This document shows, piece by piece, positions 54,661 through 64,000 of a DNA stretch of 64,000 nt (position 1 is the stretch's first letter; each line of letters starts with the position of its first letter). The DNA lies in the NCBI GenBank assembly GCA_963772835.1, contig CAVYYZ010000001.1, positions 64,001 to 128,000 of the forward strand. Reading direction: 5' to 3'. Source of the stretch: an uncultured delta proteobacterium. GTDB lineage: Bacteria; Desulfobacterota; Desulfuromonadia; Geobacterales; Pseudopelobacteraceae. The notes beneath the pieces were generated by a model. It saw only the letters and a list, made by a program, of their open reading frames with translations, had not been told where the DNA came from and did not search any database. A program made the translations under genes and the position numbers.

Positions 54661-56571
54661 ATGGATACGATATCAATTACGCTCCCGGATAACTCTTCAC
54701 GAGAACTGAACGATGATGCCACAGTATATGAGTTGGCAGCCTCGATTGGAGCCGGTCTTGCCAAAGCTGCGTTGGCAGGAAAAATCAATGGCCAACTGGT
54801 AGATCTCTCTGCCCGGTTGACCAACGGCGACCTCGTTGAAATTGTTACTGAAAAAAGTCCTGAAGCACTTGAAATTATTCGCCATTCAACTTCACATTTG
54901 ATGGCTCAGGCTGTCAAAGAGCTCTTTCCGCAGGCCAAGGTTACGATCGGGCCGGCCATTGAAACCGGTTTCTATTACGATTTTGATGTTGAAAAACCGT
55001 TTACGCCGGATGATCTGGAGCGTATTGAAGCAAAAATGTTGCTACTGGCTGCCGCCGATCAGAAAATTGAGCGGAGCGACTATGCCAGTGCCGATGCAAT
55101 CAGCATGTTTGAAGCCATGGGTGAATCGTATAAAACTGAATTGATCAACGATCTTGGCGTCGATTACGTTTCGGTATACAGACAGGGCACGTTTGCCGAT
55201 CTTTGCCGCGGTCCGCATCTCCCTTCTACAGGTCGAATCAAGGCATTTAAACTGCTTTCTATTGCAGGAGCTTACTGGCGAGGCAGCGAAAATAACCGTA
55301 TGCTTCAGCGGATTTACGGAACCGCCTTCGTTGATAAAAAAGAGCTGGAAGCGTATTTGAACCGCCTGGAAGAAGCAAAACGACGGGATCATCGTAAGAT
55401 CGGCAGAGAGTTGGATCTGTTCTCATTTTCGGATGAAGTCGGCGCCGGTTTCCCGATCTGGCACCCAAAAGGTGCCATGTTGCGCACGGTTCTTGAGGAT
55501 TTTGAGCGCAAGGAACATTTGAAGCGGGATTATGATATCGTAGTCGGACCCCAGATTCTCAAGAGTGAACTCTGGCAGCGTTCAGGCCACTACGAAAATT
55601 ACCGTGAAAACATGTATTTTACTGAGGTCGATGAGCAGAGTTATGGCATAAAGCCGATGAACTGTCTCTCCCATATGATGATTTACAAGTCTCAATTGCG
55701 GAGTTATCGCGATCTTCCGCTCCGTTATTTCGAACTCGGAACGGTACACCGTCACGAGCGGGCCGGAGTGCTTCACGGCCTCATGCGGGTACGATGCTTT
55801 ACCCAGGATGACGCCCATATTCTCTGTACTCCTGAACAACTGGATGCCGAAATTAAAGGTGTGCTTGCTTTTGTTAACGACGTGATGACTATTTTCGGTT
55901 TTGAGTACGAGATGGAGCTTTCAACACGACCGGAAAAATCGATTGGATCTGATTCAGACTGGGAACAGGCCACAGGGGCTTTGTTGTCTGCTTTGAACGA
56001 TTCCGGTCGCCCATATGATATAAATGAGGGTGATGGCGCATTTTACGGGCCTAAAATTGATATAAAACTGCGCGATTGTCTTGACAGGAGATGGCAGTGT
56101 GCTACTATCCAGTGCGATTTCACTCTGCCGGAGCGCTTTGATCTGACCTATGTAGCGTCTGATGGTGAGCGTAAACGCCCGATAATGGTCCATCGTGTGA
56201 TCCTCGGTTCGATTGAGCGATTTATTGGTGTTCTTATTGAACATTTCGCCGGAAGTTTCCCGCTCTGGATTTCTCCGGTTCAAGCGATTATTGTCACGGT
56301 AACGGATAGCCAGGTGCCGTTTGCCCAGGATGTCTATCGGCAGTTGCGCAACGCAGGGATCCGTATTGAACGCGATGTCCGGAACGAAAAGCTGAGCTTC
56401 AAAATTCGCGAGGCCCAGATCCAGAAAATTCCCTATATGCTGGTTATCGGTGATAAAGAAGTTGAACAGGGTACGGTAACTCCTCGCTATCGCGATGGCA
56501 AGAACCTCCCTGCCATGAAACCTGAAGAGTTTGTAGATTTTGTTATTCAGGAATGTAAAAACTATAAATAA
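54661..56571 (+). CDS. thrS: Threonine-tRNA ligase
   Basis: TGS domain, [40 protein letters not shown]. Confidence 0.98.
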   Translation: MDTISITLPDNSSRELNDDATVYELAASIGAGLAKAALAGKINGQLVDLSARLTNGDLVEIVTEKSPEALEIIRHSTSHLMAQAVKELFPQAKVTIGPAIETGFYYDFDVEKPFTPDDLERIEAKMLLLAAADQKIERSDYASADAISMFEAMGESYKTELINDLGVDYVSVYRQGTFADLCRGPHLPSTGRIKAFKLLSIAGAYWRGSENNRMLQRIYGTAFVDKKELEAYLNRLEEAKRRDHRKIGRELDLFSFSDEVGAGFPIWHPKGAMLRTVLEDFERKEHLKRDYDIVVGPQILKSELWQRSGHYENYRENMYFTEVDEQSYGIKPMNCLSHMMIYKSQLRSYRDLPLRYFELGTVHRHERAGVLHGLMRVRCFTQDDAHILCTPEQLDAEIKGVLAFVNDVMTIFGFEYEMELSTRPEKSIGSDSDWEQATGALLSALNDSGRPYDINEGDGAFYGPKIDIKLRDCLDRRWQCATIQCDFTLPERFDLTYVASDGERKRPIMVHRVILGSIERFIGVLIEHFAGSFPLWISPVQAIIVTVTDSQVPFAQDVYRQLRNAGIRIERDVRNEKLSFKIREAQIQKIPYMLVIGDKEVEQGTVTPRYRDGKNLPAMKPEEFVDFVIQECKNYK

Positions 56572-56622
56572 TGTATAAGTCAGACAGCAGCGAATAATAA
56601 ACTACTGTCAGGAGGTGTCGCC

Positions 56623-57141
56623 ATAGCAAAACCGACCGTCAATATCAATCAGGCCATCAGAGTTTCTGAAGTTCGTGTAATTGGAGCAACAGGAGAGGCC
56701 CTGGGCGTGCTTACCCTCTCACAGGCGCTTGAAATGGCCGAACAGCAGCAGCTGGATCTGGTTGAAGTGTCACCAACGGCAGTTCCTCCCGTTTGCAGAA
56801 TTATGGACTATGGCAAGTTCAAGTACCAGCAGAGTAAAAAACTGCAGGAAGCAAAAAAGAAACAGGTTCATGTACTGCTGAAAGAGGTAAAGTTACGGCC
56901 GAAGACAGATAGCCACGATCTTGAGTTCAAGATAAACAACGTTAAACGCTTTCTTGAAGAAGGAAATAAAGCCAAAATCACGCTTGTATTTCGAGGCCGC
57001 GAAATTACCCACATGGATGTCGGTCGGGCGGTAATTGAAAAAGTTGCAAAGGAATTGCAGGAAGTATGTGTTATTGAAAATCAACCCCGCGTTGAAGGTC
57101 GTAACATGTACATGATTGTTGCACCCAAACCGAAAAAGTAA
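56623..57141 (+). CDS. infC: Translation initiation factor IF-3 (ATA start)
   Basis: In-frame ATA at 56623 after GGAGGTG restores the N-terminus (..INQAIRVSEVRVIG); DLVEVSP, PPVCRIMDYGKFKY. Confidence 0.93.
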   Translation: MAKPTVNINQAIRVSEVRVIGATGEALGVLTLSQALEMAEQQQLDLVEVSPTAVPPVCRIMDYGKFKYQQSKKLQEAKKKQVHVLLKEVKLRPKTDSHDLEFKINNVKRFLEEGNKAKITLVFRGREITHMDVGRAVIEKVAKELQEVCVIENQPRVEGRNMYMIVAPKPKK

Positions 57142-57191
57142 AAAATATACCACGTATTTAATTAGCTATTATATCGAAGAAGGAGTTTCTT

Positions 57192-57389
57192 ATGCCTAAG
57201 ATTAAAACAAACCGCGGTGCTGCCAAGCGCTTCAGGAAGTCAGCTTCCGGAAGAATCAAGTGTGGATGCGCTTTCACAAGTCACATACTGACACCTATGA
57301 GCCGCAAACGTAAACGCAATCTTCGTGGTGGGTCCATGGTCGCTGCTGTTGACCAAAAGAACATATCCCGTTTGATTCCTTACAAATAG
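57192..57389 (+). CDS. rpmI: 50S ribosomal protein L35
   Basis: [23 protein letters not shown]. Confidence 0.97.
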   Translation: MPKIKTNRGAAKRFRKSASGRIKCGCAFTSHILTPMSRKRKRNLRGGSMVAAVDQKNISRLIPYK

Positions 57390-57496
57390 CAAATTATCTC
57401 TTCATTCGCGTGAAGAGATGCATAATGCCAAGAACCATGAGGAAATTGTCTCCCCTTGTGGATCTGGCCAATTCAGCAACGAAGGAGTAGTGACGT

Positions 57497-57850
57497 ATGG
57501 CACGTGTAAAAAGAGGATTTAAAGCGAGACGCAGACGCAACAAGGTATTAAAGCTGGCTAAAGGTTACCGCGGTGCGCGGAGCAAATTGTTTCGCAGTGC
57601 AACAGAAGCGGTAGACCGGGCTTTAAATTATGCCTTCCGCGACCGGCGCGTCAAAAAACGTGATTTCCGCAGTCTGTGGATTGTTCGTATCAATGCGGCT
57701 TCACGCATCAATGGTCTGTCTTACAGCAAGTTCATTTTCGGTCTCAAAAAAGCCGATATACAGATCGACCGTAAAGTGCTGGCTGACATTGCGGTGACCG
57801 ATCCAAACGGATTTGCGCAGATTGCAGCACTTGCAAAGGCTGGTATTTAG
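57497..57850 (+). CDS. rplT: 50S ribosomal protein L20
   Basis: [27 protein letters not shown]. Confidence 0.98.
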   Translation: MARVKRGFKARRRRNKVLKLAKGYRGARSKLFRSATEAVDRALNYAFRDRRVKKRDFRSLWIVRINAASRINGLSYSKFIFGLKKADIQIDRKVLADIAVTDPNGFAQIAALAKAGI

Positions 57851-57873
57851 GCTTTTTGCGGTTTTTATTATGG

Positions 57874-57907
57874 AAAGGGAATGGGACTTGCGCCCATTCC
57901 CTTTTTT
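57874..57907 (+). terminator. Terminator after rplT
   Basis: AAAGGGAATGGG-ACTTGCG-CCCATTCCCTTTTTT. Confidence 0.85.
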
Positions 57908-57954
57908 GTACAGTATAAAAACATTTACCAAAATATGTATTGAAGGTAAACACT

Positions 57955-58971
57955 ATGCGGGAACAACTTGAGAAATTGAGAGACGGCGCTCTCCAGGCAA
58001 TCGGCACTGCGTCTTCAGTAGAGCAGCTTCAGGAAATACGTATCAGACTGCTTGGCCGTAAAGGCGAACTAACAGCGCTGATGAAGGGACTTGGTTCTCT
58101 GTCTGCTGAGGAGCGTCCCATTGTTGGGCAGTTGGTTAACACAGTCCGTGATGAGATTGAATCGACACTCAGCGCTGCAAGCGCATCGGAACATGAAAAG
58201 GTTATTTCTGCGCGGCTTAAGTCTGAACGAGTCGATACGTCTCTTCCCGGTCGGCGCCCGCTGAAGGGCAACAAACATCCAGTATCCCTTGTAATTGAGG
58301 AAATATGCTCAATTTTTGCGGGACTGGGATTTTCTGTTGCAGAAGGACCAGAGATTGAACATGACTGGTACAATTTTGAAGCGCTCAACTTCCCGCCGGA
58401 GCACCCTGCCCGTGATATGCAGGATACATTCTTCGTGGAAAACAGCCTGTTGTTACGTACCCATACTTCTCCGGTGCAGATTCGCACCATGCTCAAGCAG
58501 AAACCTCCGGTCCGGATCATAGCTCCGGGAACTGTTTATCGCTGCGATTCAGACGCGACACACTCTCCGATGTTCCACCAGATCGAAGGACTAATGGTCG
58601 ACAACAGAGTGACATTCGGCGACCTTAAAGGGATACTCACGGTATTTACAAACCAGCTGTTTGGTCAGAAAACCGGTGTCAGGCTCCGTCCCAGTTATTT
58701 CCCTTTTACGGAACCTTCGGCTGAGGTCGATATCGCCTGTGTCATCTGTGGCGGTAAAGGGTGCCGGGTCTGCAAAAATAGTGGGTGGCTTGAAATTCTT
58801 GGTGCCGGTATGGTTGATCCGGAAGTATATCGCCATGTACAGTATGACGCGGACAATATATCCGGATTTGCATTCGGAATGGGAATCGAACGCATTGCCA
58901 TGCTGAAGTACGGCATTTCAGACATGCGCCTCCTTTTTGAAAATGATGTCCGTTTTCTTCGGCAGTTCTAA
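57955..58971 (+). CDS. pheS: Phenylalanine-tRNA ligase alpha subunit
   Basis: HPARDMQDTF, LRTHTSPVQ, THSPMFHQ, YFPFTEPS, FAFGMGIER. Confidence 0.98.
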   Translation: MREQLEKLRDGALQAIGTASSVEQLQEIRIRLLGRKGELTALMKGLGSLSAEERPIVGQLVNTVRDEIESTLSAASASEHEKVISARLKSERVDTSLPGRRPLKGNKHPVSLVIEEICSIFAGLGFSVAEGPEIEHDWYNFEALNFPPEHPARDMQDTFFVENSLLLRTHTSPVQIRTMLKQKPPVRIIAPGTVYRCDSDATHSPMFHQIEGLMVDNRVTFGDLKGILTVFTNQLFGQKTGVRLRPSYFPFTEPSAEVDIACVICGGKGCRVCKNSGWLEILGAGMVDPEVYRHVQYDADNISGFAFGMGIERIAMLKYGISDMRLLFENDVRFLRQF

Positions 58972-58997
58972 ATTTACTCTATTTATGGTGCTTTGAT

Positions 58998-61406
58998 ATG
59001 AACGTAACATACAACTGGCTGAAAGAATTTGTAGATTTTGACGCTACACCTGAAGAACTTGCTGATTTGCTGACAATGCTCGGGCTTGAAGTTGAGGCAA
59101 TGAAGAAGCTCGGTGAAGGTCTGGACGATGTAGTCGTTGCACTGGTTGAGGAAAAACGGCCGCACCCCAATGCAGATAAACTCTCGCTATGTCGGGTGAA
59201 TAATGGCAGGGAAGTGCTTGACATCGTCTGCGGTGCCCAGAATTTCAAGCAGGGTGACACCGTTGCTCTGGCACAGATAGGTGCCGTGCTTCCGGGCGAT
59301 TTTAAAATAAAACGTTCAAAGATCCGTGGTGAAGAGTCCTGCGGAATGCTTTGCTCAGATAAAGAACTGGGGTTGTCCGATGAGAGCGCCGGAATTATGG
59401 TACTTCCCCCAGCAATTGCGCCACTGGGAACGCCTGTTTTTACTGCTCTTGGTCTCAAAGATACTTTGTTTGAAATCGGCCTGACTCCCAACCGTTCCGA
59501 CTGTCTGAGTGTTTTAGGTATTGCGCGGGATATTGCTGCCAAGCTTAGCCTTAAGCTGAACTATCCGCATGCCACTCTGGTCGAGGGCCCAGAACGTGCA
59601 GATTCAGTAATCGGAATTACCGTTGATACTGCTGAGATCTGCCCACGTTATGCCGCCCGTTATATCTCCGGCTGCACAATTGCCCCTTCACCGGAATGGC
59701 TTGTTAAACGCCTCAATGCCATAGGAATACGCTCGATTAATAATGTGGTCGATGTAACAAATCTGATTATGATGGAGTTTGGGCAGCCGCTGCATGCATT
59801 CGATTGCGACCGGCTTTCCGGAAAACGTATCGTAGTGCGCCTGGCCGAAGAAGGCGAATCGTTCACTACACTTGATAATCAGATACGTGTATTAACCGCT
59901 ACTGATCTCGTCATTTGTGATGCTGACCGCCCCGTTGCTCTTGCCGGTATTATGGGGGGATTGAACTCGGAAATAGAAAATACGACGACCAATATCCTCC
60001 TTGAAAGCGCCTTTTTTAAGCCGGCATCAATTCGCAAGACCGCTAAGCGCCTCGGCCTGCATACCGAGTCATCTCATCGCTTTGAACGAGGCATAGACAT
60101 TGATGGTGTTGTCCGTGCGCTTGATAGGGCCGCCTCGATGATTGTTGCGTTGGCTGGAGGCGTTTTGGCTCACGGGTGCCTTGATGCGTATCATGGCTCA
60201 TGTGATCGCTCACCAATCACATTCCGCCCGGAAAAGGCAAATGAGCTGATTGGCATCGACCTGAAGCGGGATGTTATTATTGATATTCTGACCCGGTTGG
60301 AGTGCCGTATTTCAGAGTGTGCTGACGGGACAGTAACTGTAATCCCGCCACATTACCGCATAGATATTGAGAGAGAAGTTGATCTGATAGAAGAGATTGC
60401 CCGCTTGAACGGATATGATAAAATCCCTGCAACAATGCCGATTGCGAGGGTTGTCTCAGATCGTCCAACCCGTCATCAGGAAATTGAAAAGCGGGTGAGA
60501 GACCTCCTTGTCAATAACGGCATGACAGAAATAATCAATTTTAGTTTCACCGCACCTGACGCCGCCGGGAAACTGCTCCTAAAAGACGATGACCCGCGAC
60601 ACATAGCAATAAAACTGACTAATCCTCTTGTTGATGAACAGTCGGTAATGCGGACCACATTGCTTCCAGGACTTCTGGAGACTGCTGCCAGAAATATGAA
60701 CTTCCGATCACTTGACCTTAAAATATTCGAAATAAGACGTGTTTATCTTCCCGGTGATGGGGAGAGCATGCCTCGTGAACCCCTGTGTATAGTTGGAGCT
60801 GTAACCGGTTCCCGTGATGGTGACGGCTGGAGCCGTCCTAACGAAATGGTCGATTTTTATGATGCCAAAGGGATTGTCGAGACTGTTCTGGATTATCTCG
60901 ACATCGGGGGCATATCGTGGGTCACGGATAATCCGGAGCGATATTATCACCCCGGGAAAAGCTGCGGTATTTTCGCAGGCCGTGATTGTATCGGTTCAGT
61001 AGGAGAGTTGCACCCGACCGTTCAAAAAAACTTTGGCATTGAAAAGCCGATATATTGTTTTGAACTCGATTTCGAGAAGCTTGTAAAGCTGGCGCGAACA
61101 AAAAAAACGATAGCGGCTCCTTCCCGTTTTCCCGACAGCACCCGCGACATCGCTTTGTTGGTACCGGAACCGCTTGAAGCTGCTAAAATAATTGAGTGTA
61201 TCAAGGCTGAAAAATCAAAAGAAATTGAGCATATTCAGATATTTGATGTCTACCGCGGCAAAGGGGTCCCTGAAGGCCATAAGAGCATTGCAGTGCGAAT
61301 TCGATACCGGTCGTTTGAACGCACACTGGCCGAAGAAGAGATTGTCGCACTCCACAATAAAATCATCACTAACTTGCTTAATAAATTACAGGTAACAGTA
61401 AGATAA
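58998..61406 (+). CDS. pheT: Phenylalanine-tRNA ligase beta subunit
   Basis: HPNADKL, IVCGA, TPNRSDCLS, GQPLHAFD, RFERG, DLIEEIAR. Confidence 0.98.
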   Translation: MNVTYNWLKEFVDFDATPEELADLLTMLGLEVEAMKKLGEGLDDVVVALVEEKRPHPNADKLSLCRVNNGREVLDIVCGAQNFKQGDTVALAQIGAVLPGDFKIKRSKIRGEESCGMLCSDKELGLSDESAGIMVLPPAIAPLGTPVFTALGLKDTLFEIGLTPNRSDCLSVLGIARDIAAKLSLKLNYPHATLVEGPERADSVIGITVDTAEICPRYAARYISGCTIAPSPEWLVKRLNAIGIRSINNVVDVTNLIMMEFGQPLHAFDCDRLSGKRIVVRLAEEGESFTTLDNQIRVLTATDLVICDADRPVALAGIMGGLNSEIENTTTNILLESAFFKPASIRKTAKRLGLHTESSHRFERGIDIDGVVRALDRAASMIVALAGGVLAHGCLDAYHGSCDRSPITFRPEKANELIGIDLKRDVIIDILTRLECRISECADGTVTVIPPHYRIDIEREVDLIEEIARLNGYDKIPATMPIARVVSDRPTRHQEIEKRVRDLLVNNGMTEIINFSFTAPDAAGKLLLKDDDPRHIAIKLTNPLVDEQSVMRTTLLPGLLETAARNMNFRSLDLKIFEIRRVYLPGDGESMPREPLCIVGAVTGSRDGDGWSRPNEMVDFYDAKGIVETVLDYLDIGGISWVTDNPERYYHPGKSCGIFAGRDCIGSVGELHPTVQKNFGIEKPIYCFELDFEKLVKLARTKKTIAAPSRFPDSTRDIALLVPEPLEAAKIIECIKAEKSKEIEHIQIFDVYRGKGVPEGHKSIAVRIRYRSFERTLAEEEIVALHNKIITNLLNKLQVTVR

Positions 61407-61411
61407 ATTTA

Positions 61412-61440
61412 TTGCGTAATAGATGCCCCTATGCTATAAA
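61412..61440 (+). promoter_or_regulatory. Putative sigma70 promoter of ihfA
   Basis: TTGCGT-N17-TATAAA with TG extension. Confidence 0.55.
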
Positions 61441-61488
61441 ATTTCTCCTTTTGATTCAGTGCATTAACCGGAATAGTTGGAGGTAATT

Positions 61489-61773
61489 GTGACAAAAGCA
61501 GACATAGTAGAACGTATTCATCAAAGAATCGGTTTTTCAAAAAAAGAATCAGCCGAGATGGTGGAAACTGTATTCGGGCTTCTTAAGTTAACGTTAGAAT
61601 CTGGTGAAAAAATCAAGATCGCCGGATTTGGCAATTTTGTTGTAAAGCAGAAGTCTGACCGTCGCGGACGTAATCCGCAAACCGGAGAGACTATAACAAT
61701 AAATGCCCGTAGAATTCTGACATTTAAGCCTAGTCAGGTTTTGAAAAGTGCAATAAACGCTGAAGTAAAATAG
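61489..61773 (+). CDS. ihfA: Integration host factor alpha
   Basis: TKADIVE, IAGFGNF, RRGRNPQTG, TFKPS; follows pheT; GTG start after GGAGG. Confidence 0.95.
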   Translation: MTKADIVERIHQRIGFSKKESAEMVETVFGLLKLTLESGEKIKIAGFGNFVVKQKSDRRGRNPQTGETITINARRILTFKPSQVLKSAINAEVK

Positions 61774-61794
61774 GTTGCAGATCAGGCGTACTAC

Positions 61795-62139
61795 GTGATG
61801 GCTTCAACAATAACTGAAAAAATATATTATAAAATCGGTGAAGTTGCTGAAGTTGCAGGCGTGAGAACATCCGTGCTGCGATTTTGGGAGTCTGAGTTTC
61901 CATTTTTAAAGCCGGTGAAAAGTGGTTCAGGTCAGAGGCTCTATTCAAAAAATGAAGTTGACCTTGTCTTGCAGGTTAAAAATCTCCTGTATGTTGAAAA
62001 ATTTACAATTGAAGGCGTAAAGAAAAGAATCACCTCAAAAGGCAAACTTATTAAAAATGAAGATGTAGTAGATGCAGATTACAGCAAAGTTTTGCAAACA
62101 GTTCGACACGAGCTCAAAGTAATTCGAGATTTATTGTAG
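61795..62139 (+). CDS. MerR family HTH protein
   Basis: [19 protein letters not shown]; ihfA-merR-tRNA-Pro order. Confidence 0.92.
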   Translation: MMASTITEKIYYKIGEVAEVAGVRTSVLRFWESEFPFLKPVKSGSGQRLYSKNEVDLVLQVKNLLYVEKFTIEGVKKRITSKGKLIKNEDVVDADYSKVLQTVRHELKVIRDLL

Positions 62140-62149
62140 AGTTGTTTTT

Positions 62150-62226
62150 CGGTGCGTAGCGCAGCCTGGTAGCGCACTAGACTGGGGGTCTAGTGGTCGC
62201 AAGTTCAAATCTTGTCGCACCGACCA
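62150..62226 (+). tRNA. tRNA-Pro(GGG)
   Basis: CGGTGCG/CGCACCG acceptor, CTAGA-CTGGGGG-TCTAG anticodon arm, GTTCAAATC, CCA. Confidence 0.96.
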
Positions 62227-62230
62227 TAAA

Positions 62231-62274
62231 AAACAGGGACTTAGCCGATTCGGTTGAGTCCCTGTTTCTGTTTT
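62231..62274 (+). terminator. Hairpin/terminator after tRNA-Pro
   Basis: AAACAGGGACTTAGCCG-ATT-CGGTTGAGTCCCTGTTT (two G-U pairs). Confidence 0.75.
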
Positions 62275-62871
62275 GGGTTAATTAAGTAGTGCAAATGTAG
62301 TGAGTGCAAATTTAATAACCTCTGCTGTATTGGTGTATACCTCCTACCTGAAACAACAACCGGCACCAGGTGAATAATTATTTCGCCGGGATGACTCCTG
62401 TATGATCCACCTAATAAGACATGATTGGTCTTTAACAACCCGTCAGAAGATGCGATATCTTAACCAGGGCCACCACTCTTTTTGTCAAAACGGCGTGACA
62501 CCTCCCTGAAAATCATCTGTACGAACGCCTGACAGTCCCTGGGGAAGAAGAACTACGCCCCTGCATCCAAGAGCAGTGCCGCCGATGGTGACTGCCTAAC
62601 TCTTAGACTGTACCTCGATTCTGGGTGAAGTTGGTCAGTACGGTGGCCAGTCGTTCGTCTGTTGTCAGGTTGTCTTGCTGGCCGTTCCGTGTCTTTGTCT
62701 AAAAACCTGCAGATGACGCAAGTGTTTTTATCTCTATACTTCTGGAAGAACACTATTATTATGCAGTTGCCTGTAAATGCATTGAAGGTGGATATTGTTT
62801 AAATGAATCTGGTTGAGGATATATAACGTTTTGATGATGATGTGACTTTAAAATCACTGCTACCATGAAAT

Positions 62872-62907
62872 AAGTACCGGGTGCCCATTGCGGGGGACCC
62901 GGTACTT
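62872..62907. terminator. Inverted repeat, possible terminator downstream of LysR
   Basis: AAGTACCGGGT...ACCCGGTACTT perfect 11-bp arms. Confidence 0.55.
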
Positions 62908-62924
62908 TAATGTTTGGCTGGATT

Positions 62925-62961
62925 GCGATGGAAAAGACACCGACAATCGTGACGATCTCCC
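62925..62961. repeat. Diverged 37-bp copy of LysR-internal segment 63222-63258
   Basis: 33/37 identity by manual alignment. Confidence 0.85.
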
Positions 62962-62968
62962 AGATGTT

Positions 62969-63912
62969 TCATTTTCGCGATATCAAATTAGCCTTCGGCA
63001 GTTTTTCCGCATTTTGGAGTAGTCCCGCGCAAACGTCCCGAACGCATCCGCGCAGCCAGCGATGCGCTGGATCGGCATCCAGCCGTGGGTGCCAGAGCAA
63101 TGAAACCGTGATCTCCGGTGTGGAGACCGGAAGGGGAAAACTATGCATTCCGGCGCGCAGGTTTCCGGTGTGTCGTTCGGGAACAGTGGCGATCAGGTCG
63201 GAGGCCCGGGCCAGAGCCAGCGCGGTCGAAAAGCCACCGACGATCGTGACGATCTCCCGTTCCAGCCCGAGACGGCTTCAAGGCTTCATCAATCGGTTCC
63301 TGTCCGAGCCCCCGCCGCGAGACGCAGATGTGTCTGCCGGTCGCATAACGGGAGGGAGTGATTTTGCCTTGGCTCAGCGGGTGCCCCATGCGCACGACGC
63401 CAATGAAACGGTCCCGGAACAATGCCTGCGCACGCACCTCCGGACCGGTCGTCTTCTCCACAACGCCGGTTTCCAGATCGACGGTCCCGTCGCGAAGTGA
63501 CGTGCTGTCTTTGTCTGGCTTCTGCACGAAGCGCAGCCGCACGCCGGGAGCTTCCTCGCCGACGCGGGCAATGAGGCCCGGCCCGAAGTTTTCCACAAAG
63601 CCTTCGCTGGTCCGCAGTGTGAACGTTCGGACGAGTCTGTTTGAGGTTGAGCTTCTCGGCAGGGCGCAGCACTGCTTCTGCGTCCTGCACGAGCTGACTG
63701 ACCCGCTCGCGGAGTTCGAGTGCTCGGGGTGTGGGAACGAGACCGCGTCCGGCCCTGACCAACAGCGGATCGCCCGTCGTCTCACGCAATCGCGCCAGCG
63801 CCCGGCTCATCGCCGACGGGCTAAGCCGCAACCGTCGGGCTGCGCGCGCAACGCTGCCTTCCGCGAGCAGCACATCAAGAGTGACAAGCAGGTTGAAATC
63901 GGGTCTCGACAT
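62969..63912 (-). pseudogene. LysR family regulator with two +1 frameshifts
   Basis: HTH (DFNLL..GSVARAA..SPSAMSRALARLR..DPLLVR); the substrate domain continues in other frames after about 63636 and 63272 and includes LLWHPR..DPAHRWLR; 944 nt = 314 codons + 2. Confidence 0.85.
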
Positions 63913-64000
63913 ACGTTGATTATAGCACAGCTTTTTTGTTATGTGGCGTCAAACGCATTAATAAAGTGCAAATGATGCGTCTTCCGCCGTGTCTCGTATA

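Noticed and set aside
62241..62870. Short ORFs after tRNA-Pro as integrase remnants
   Set aside because: The translations examined show no integrase or transposase motifs
62925..63258. Diversity-generating retroelement TR/VR pair (3 of 4 mismatches at A on the plus strand)
   Set aside because: Only 37 bp, one non-A mismatch, the adenines are on the non-coding strand of the target, and there is no reverse transcriptase in the window

Overview
Mostly core chromosome of a deltaproteobacterium, very likely Geobacteraceae/Desulfuromonadia (inferred from protein content and gene order, not from a database search). In order: hisH-hisA-hisF(partial), glyQS, a HAD hydrolase, gap-pgk-tpiA-secG-tRNA-Leu, two tRNA-Arg genes, dxs-pyrF-rlmB, an M23 peptidase/class II aldolase-like pair, sigma54-driven glnB-glnA, a protease/hypothetical cluster, rfbB-rfbD with a split manC, BirA-boxed bioF-bioH-bioC, ABC ATPases, a heme c-motif HD-GYP sensor, spoIID-like/queA-tgt-yajC-secDF, recJ, mtaB, cimA, rph-rdgB-rlmD, and tRNA-Val-thrS-infC(ATA start)-rpmI-rplT-pheST-ihfA-merR-tRNA-Pro. 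After tRNA-Pro the sequence looks accessory, with a doubly frameshifted GC-rich LysR gene. I see no CRISPR array, prophage, transposase or clear multi-gene novel system. The best leads are small elements: two tiny Cys-rich genes behind sigma54-type promoters (one missed by the ORF track, with its RBS in a hairpin), a stand-alone integrase core-binding-like protein with a direct repeat across its start, a micro-ORF with a self-sequestered 10-nt Shine-Dalgarno, an unassigned structured leader before the M23 peptidase, and a similar hairpin after two unrelated tRNA genes.
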